Shown one piece after another: positions 60,782 to 64,000 of a stretch of 64,000 bases of DNA. Origin of the DNA: an uncultured Halobacteriales archaeon (GTDB taxonomy: Archaea > Halobacteriota > Halobacteria > Halobacteriales > Hikarchaeaceae); NCBI GenBank assembly GCA_964597855.1, contig CAZQZO010000007.1, forward strand, positions 3,094 through 67,093. The letters run 5' to 3'. The notes below the pieces were generated by a model. It did no database searches. It was not told the DNA's origin and saw nothing but the letters and a program-made list of their open reading frames with translations. The position numbers and the translations under genes are program-made. The stretch's first letter is position 1; each line of letters opens with the position of its first letter.

Positions 60782-61690
60782 TCAAATACCTCTGCCCTGC
60801 AATTTTTTATCTTCTGGCATGTCTATATTTGCCTCCCCCTTCATCCCTTTCCCTATTCCCGTTGAAATTTGTACCAATTTTTCTTTATTGTCCCAGTTAT
60901 TTACAGCTTCAACAATAGCATTCGCCATTTTCACTGGATCCTCTGCTCCAAATATGCCCGAACCCACAAATATTCCGTCACACCCGTGATGCATCATCAA
61001 CGCAGCATCTGCAGGGGTGGCAATCCCCCCTGCTGCAAAATTTACCACTGGCAATCGGCCCATTTTTGCTGTCTCTTCAACCAATTCTGTCGGTGCTCCT
61101 ATTTTACGAGCATACGCTTCGCATTCTTCATATGATGCATTCCCTAGCTTTCCAATCTTACTTGTAATGGCACGTTGATGTTTCACGGCCTGATTAACAT
61201 CCCCTGTCCCCGCTTCACCCTTTGTTCTTATCATCGCAGCCCCTTCATTTATCCGGCGTAATGCCTCACCAAGATCTCTAGCGCCACACACAAATGGTGT
61301 GGTAAAACCCCGTTTATCAATATGATATTCGCTATCTGCAGGAGTAAGTACCTCTGACTCATCAATCATATCGACCCCGATTGACTCTAAAATTTGAGCC
61401 TCCGCAGTGTGGCCTATTCTCGCTTTTCCCATCACCGGTATTGAAACTTCTTCTATTATCGATTTAACTATTTCAGGATCTGCCATTCGTGCAACACCTC
61501 CTTCTTTTCGAATATCCGAAGGAACCGCTTCCAATGCCATAACTGCCACCGCACCCGCATCTTCTGCTATCCTAGCCTGCTCCGGTTTCACAACATCCAT
61601 TATGACTCCTCCTTTCTGCATACTAGCAAAACCACGTTTTACAAGTTCCGTTCCCTTTCTTAACTTCTCAAACTCAATAGGTACTCCCAT
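60782..61690 (-). CDS. pdxS: Pyridoxal 5'-phosphate synthase lyase subunit
   Basis: [39 protein letters not shown]. Confidence 0.97.
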   Translation of the reverse strand: MGVPIEFEKLRKGTELVKRGFASMQKGGVIMDVVKPEQARIAEDAGAVAVMALEAVPSDIRKEGGVARMADPEIVKSIIEEVSIPVMGKARIGHTAEAQILESIGVDMIDESEVLTPADSEYHIDKRGFTTPFVCGARDLGEALRRINEGAAMIRTKGEAGTGDVNQAVKHQRAITSKIGKLGNASYEECEAYARKIGAPTELVEETAKMGRLPVVNFAAGGIATPADAALMMHHGCDGIFVGSGIFGAEDPVKMANAIVEAVNNWDNKEKLVQISTGIGKGMKGEANIDMPEDKKLQGRGI

Positions 61691-61818
61691 GAACTACATT
61701 TGACGGCAATGCAATTATATCCACTGATATCGGCAATTCTATAACCCAAATATATTTAGTACTCTCACTCCTCCATAATCCTCGTTGAAAGAACCTCAAT
61801 GCAACAGAAATATAATCC

Positions 61819-62484
61819 ATGAATCACTCTCCCCCTCTTAATCCGAACATTTGGTCTCCAATCCCCGCACCCCTCGAACGAATAGCATTTCAGCTCGCTT
61901 GGCCCATCATATTCATAAATTTACTTGGAACTGCATTTGGATTCTGGTATTACCTCCCCCAACTTTCGACCGAACCCTTTTTGATGTGGCCGTTCGTCCC
62001 CGATAGCCCTGTAGCAACTCTTTTTTTCGCTCTTAGCTTGGGGCTTTGGAAATTGGGTAAAAATTCAATTTGGGTCTCATCTATAGCCTTTATTGGGTGC
62101 ATCAAACTTGGTCTATGGACTCCCTATGTTTTACTCATATTTTCTTCTGATTTCTCATACCTCCATCCCTTAATGTACCACTTTCTTTTTTGGAGCCATC
62201 TTGCCATGGCTTTGCAAGCATTTTTAATTTTTAGATACACCACATTTTCATTCATACCCATACTGGTGGGTTTTTCCTGGCATGCTTTCAACGACATGGT
62301 CGATTATTTCATTCCTTTAATTGGATCTCCCCACCACACCTGGCTTCCCTCTGAAATGATTGGAGGGGTCATATATCACACTGGCCCTGCACACCTCATG
62401 GCTGCAGCTGGTGCCATATTATTAACCTGCATTTCTGTTGCCCTTTTACTCATTTCAATATACCCCTTCTCTCAAAAATTATAA
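61819..62484 (+). CDS. DUF1405-family membrane protein
   Basis: INLLGTAFGFWYY, FVPDSP.ATLF, KLGLWT, SHLAM, ND..DY. Confidence 0.8.
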   Translation: MNHSPPLNPNIWSPIPAPLERIAFQLAWPIIFINLLGTAFGFWYYLPQLSTEPFLMWPFVPDSPVATLFFALSLGLWKLGKNSIWVSSIAFIGCIKLGLWTPYVLLIFSSDFSYLHPLMYHFLFWSHLAMALQAFLIFRYTTFSFIPILVGFSWHAFNDMVDYFIPLIGSPHHTWLPSEMIGGVIYHTGPAHLMAAAGAILLTCISVALLLISIYPFSQKL

Positions 62485-63789
62485 TAATATAATCCCTGCT
62501 ATAATCGCCCCCCAGACCGAAGCAATAGCGCCTATTAAAGTCGCCATGAGATTAACACCCTCATTGCTTATCCACCTATCCTCTAAACTAGCTCCTAGGA
62601 CACTGTCACCAATCATTCCTATCACTCCCGCAATTCCAATTACAACTGCACCGCCCAGCCCAACTCCCAAAGTCCAACTAGTCAATAGTCCTATAAAAAA
62701 CGCTCCAACAATCCCTGCCAATGAACCCTGTATTGTCACTCCACCATCCGTTCCAACCTCCACTTTACTAAACGTAGTTATTAACCTGGTATTCTGAAAA
62801 AGAATCCCAATTTCACTTGACAGTGTATCACTCATCGCAGCTGCAATGGCTCCTGCAAAACCGAATATGAATATATATTCACCGATTCCCACCTGTGTAT
62901 TCATCGAAAAACCTATCACGCATATCACCGCAATCACCGTATTTGCCACTACATTTTTTGCCTCTCTTGCACCCTCATTTCCTTCCGCAACACCCATCTC
63001 TAATTTTTCTTTATAATTCCACCGCGAAACTAAACTTCCCACTCCGAAAAAAACAAGCATTATACTAAACCAAGTAAATCCTCCAAAAACAATAACAATA
63101 AGTGAAAATATAATTCCAGTTAGCATACCTGTTATCGACGCCGAACCCACTCTCCAAGAAATATATCCCAATCCTCCTGCGACGCCAATCCCAAGCATCA
63201 ATTGCTGTGGAATAATGTCTAGATAATCAAATGATGGGAGTGATAAAATCCAAAGGACAAGTGCAATAGCCAACATAGACAATGTCCTATTCTTTCCTAC
63301 CCAATCCTTCCGGACTAAAGCTACAAGCAATCCTCCTATGACTGCAAAAAAAACAACCCTCGAGGTTCCAATCTGAATCCCGTTTACCATACTTAAAACT
63401 TGACCGAAGGCTCCCAAAAACCATGCCCCTATCACAAAACCCGTCACCTCTCGTATAGGTGATATATCCCGTACTAACATCACTTTTTCAATAACATAGA
63501 TCCCGCCCACTAGTATTGCTGAGACTACAAATATATTCATGGGCATACCCGCGAATGTTACCAGTAATGTTAGCAAGATCAATCCCATTGAAAACTCAAC
63601 TATTTTTCTTAACCCATTTTCTTTCCCCAAAAACCTAAAAAAAATCCCTCTTCTTGGAACGAAGTTTACTAGAATTATAACTAATGATAGTGGAACTATT
63701 ATCACTATTAGATCCTCCATTATGGACCCTATTAACACCAAAACCGCCAACAACGCAAACATCCACTCCTTTTCAACTCTATCTTGCAC
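62479..63789 (-). CDS. DUF92-family integral membrane protein
   Basis: R...NV.AN, AAAMSDT.SSEIG, GTDGGVT..G, DS.LGA.LE, NE.VN. Confidence 0.88.
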   Translation of the reverse strand: MQDRVEKEWMFALLAVLVLIGSIMEDLIVIIVPLSLVIILVNFVPRRGIFFRFLGKENGLRKIVEFSMGLILLTLLVTFAGMPMNIFVVSAILVGGIYVIEKVMLVRDISPIREVTGFVIGAWFLGAFGQVLSMVNGIQIGTSRVVFFAVIGGLLVALVRKDWVGKNRTLSMLAIALVLWILSLPSFDYLDIIPQQLMLGIGVAGGLGYISWRVGSASITGMLTGIIFSLIVIVFGGFTWFSIMLVFFGVGSLVSRWNYKEKLEMGVAEGNEGAREAKNVVANTVIAVICVIGFSMNTQVGIGEYIFIFGFAGAIAAAMSDTLSSEIGILFQNTRLITTFSKVEVGTDGGVTIQGSLAGIVGAFFIGLLTSWTLGVGLGGAVVIGIAGVIGMIGDSVLGASLEDRWISNEGVNLMATLIGAIASVWGAIIAGIILL

Positions 63790-63869
63790 GTCAAATTATA
63801 CCCTCAGTGATTATTTAATCTTCTTGTCTGAACCGAGGCATTTTCCTCTCTTGGAACCTGATTTTTTGT

Positions 63870-64000
63870 GTGGGACTCTATGATCAGTATCTAAGTTTTC
63901 GGATACGCCGTTTACAGGAAACTGCCCCTAGGCATGTAGTTCTAGTGATAACTGAAAGTGATTTGCTTATTAACCAATCCTATTCAACACTCGAGCAATT
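63870..64000 (+). CDS. cis-prenyltransferase/undecaprenyl-diphosphate synthase-like protein (5' part only)
   Basis: Translated by hand from GTG 63870: MGLYDQYLSFRIRRLQETAPRHVVLVITESDLL..., resembling the haloarchaeal UPP-synthase-like family (P.HV.LV.TE.DLL). Confidence 0.65.
   Translation, partial: MGLYDQYLSFRIRRLQETAPRHVVLVITESDLLINQSYSTLEQ

Noticed and set aside
60782-61690. pdxS without neighbouring pdxT
   Set aside because: Split pdxS/pdxT loci are common; pdxT may lie outside this window.

Overview
Core-genome segment of an archaeon. The gene set is Halobacteria-like (SAMP1, HhH-extended eL32, bacterial-type ThrRS, Tat halocyanin, haloarchaeal hypothetical families), but the DNA is low-GC (roughly 40% by eye) and the proteins are only mildly acidic. 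That combination suggests the marine sister lineage Hikarchaeia (Marine Group IV); this is an inference. The window holds the full uL3-to-SecY ribosomal superoperon (10.9-25.2 kb), tRNA-Gly(GCC), tRNA-Pro(GGG), an adk-DUF106-cmk-cbf5 block, a stand-alone NurA-HerA pair, thrS, pyrG, carA/carB, ilvD, gpmI, pdxS, thrB and several catabolic or uncharacterised genes. No transposase, integrase, CRISPR array or rRNA was seen. The most striking feature is a 152-bp direct repeat, identical base for base, that puts the same helix-hairpin-helix module on the C-terminus of uS3 and the N-terminus of eL32, 4116 bp apart and in the same codon phase. Other leads are a hairpin leader on the r-protein operon, a strong C>G skew on the + strand, and orphan genes next to both tRNA 3' ends. 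All protein assignments come from motif recognition; no database searches were run.
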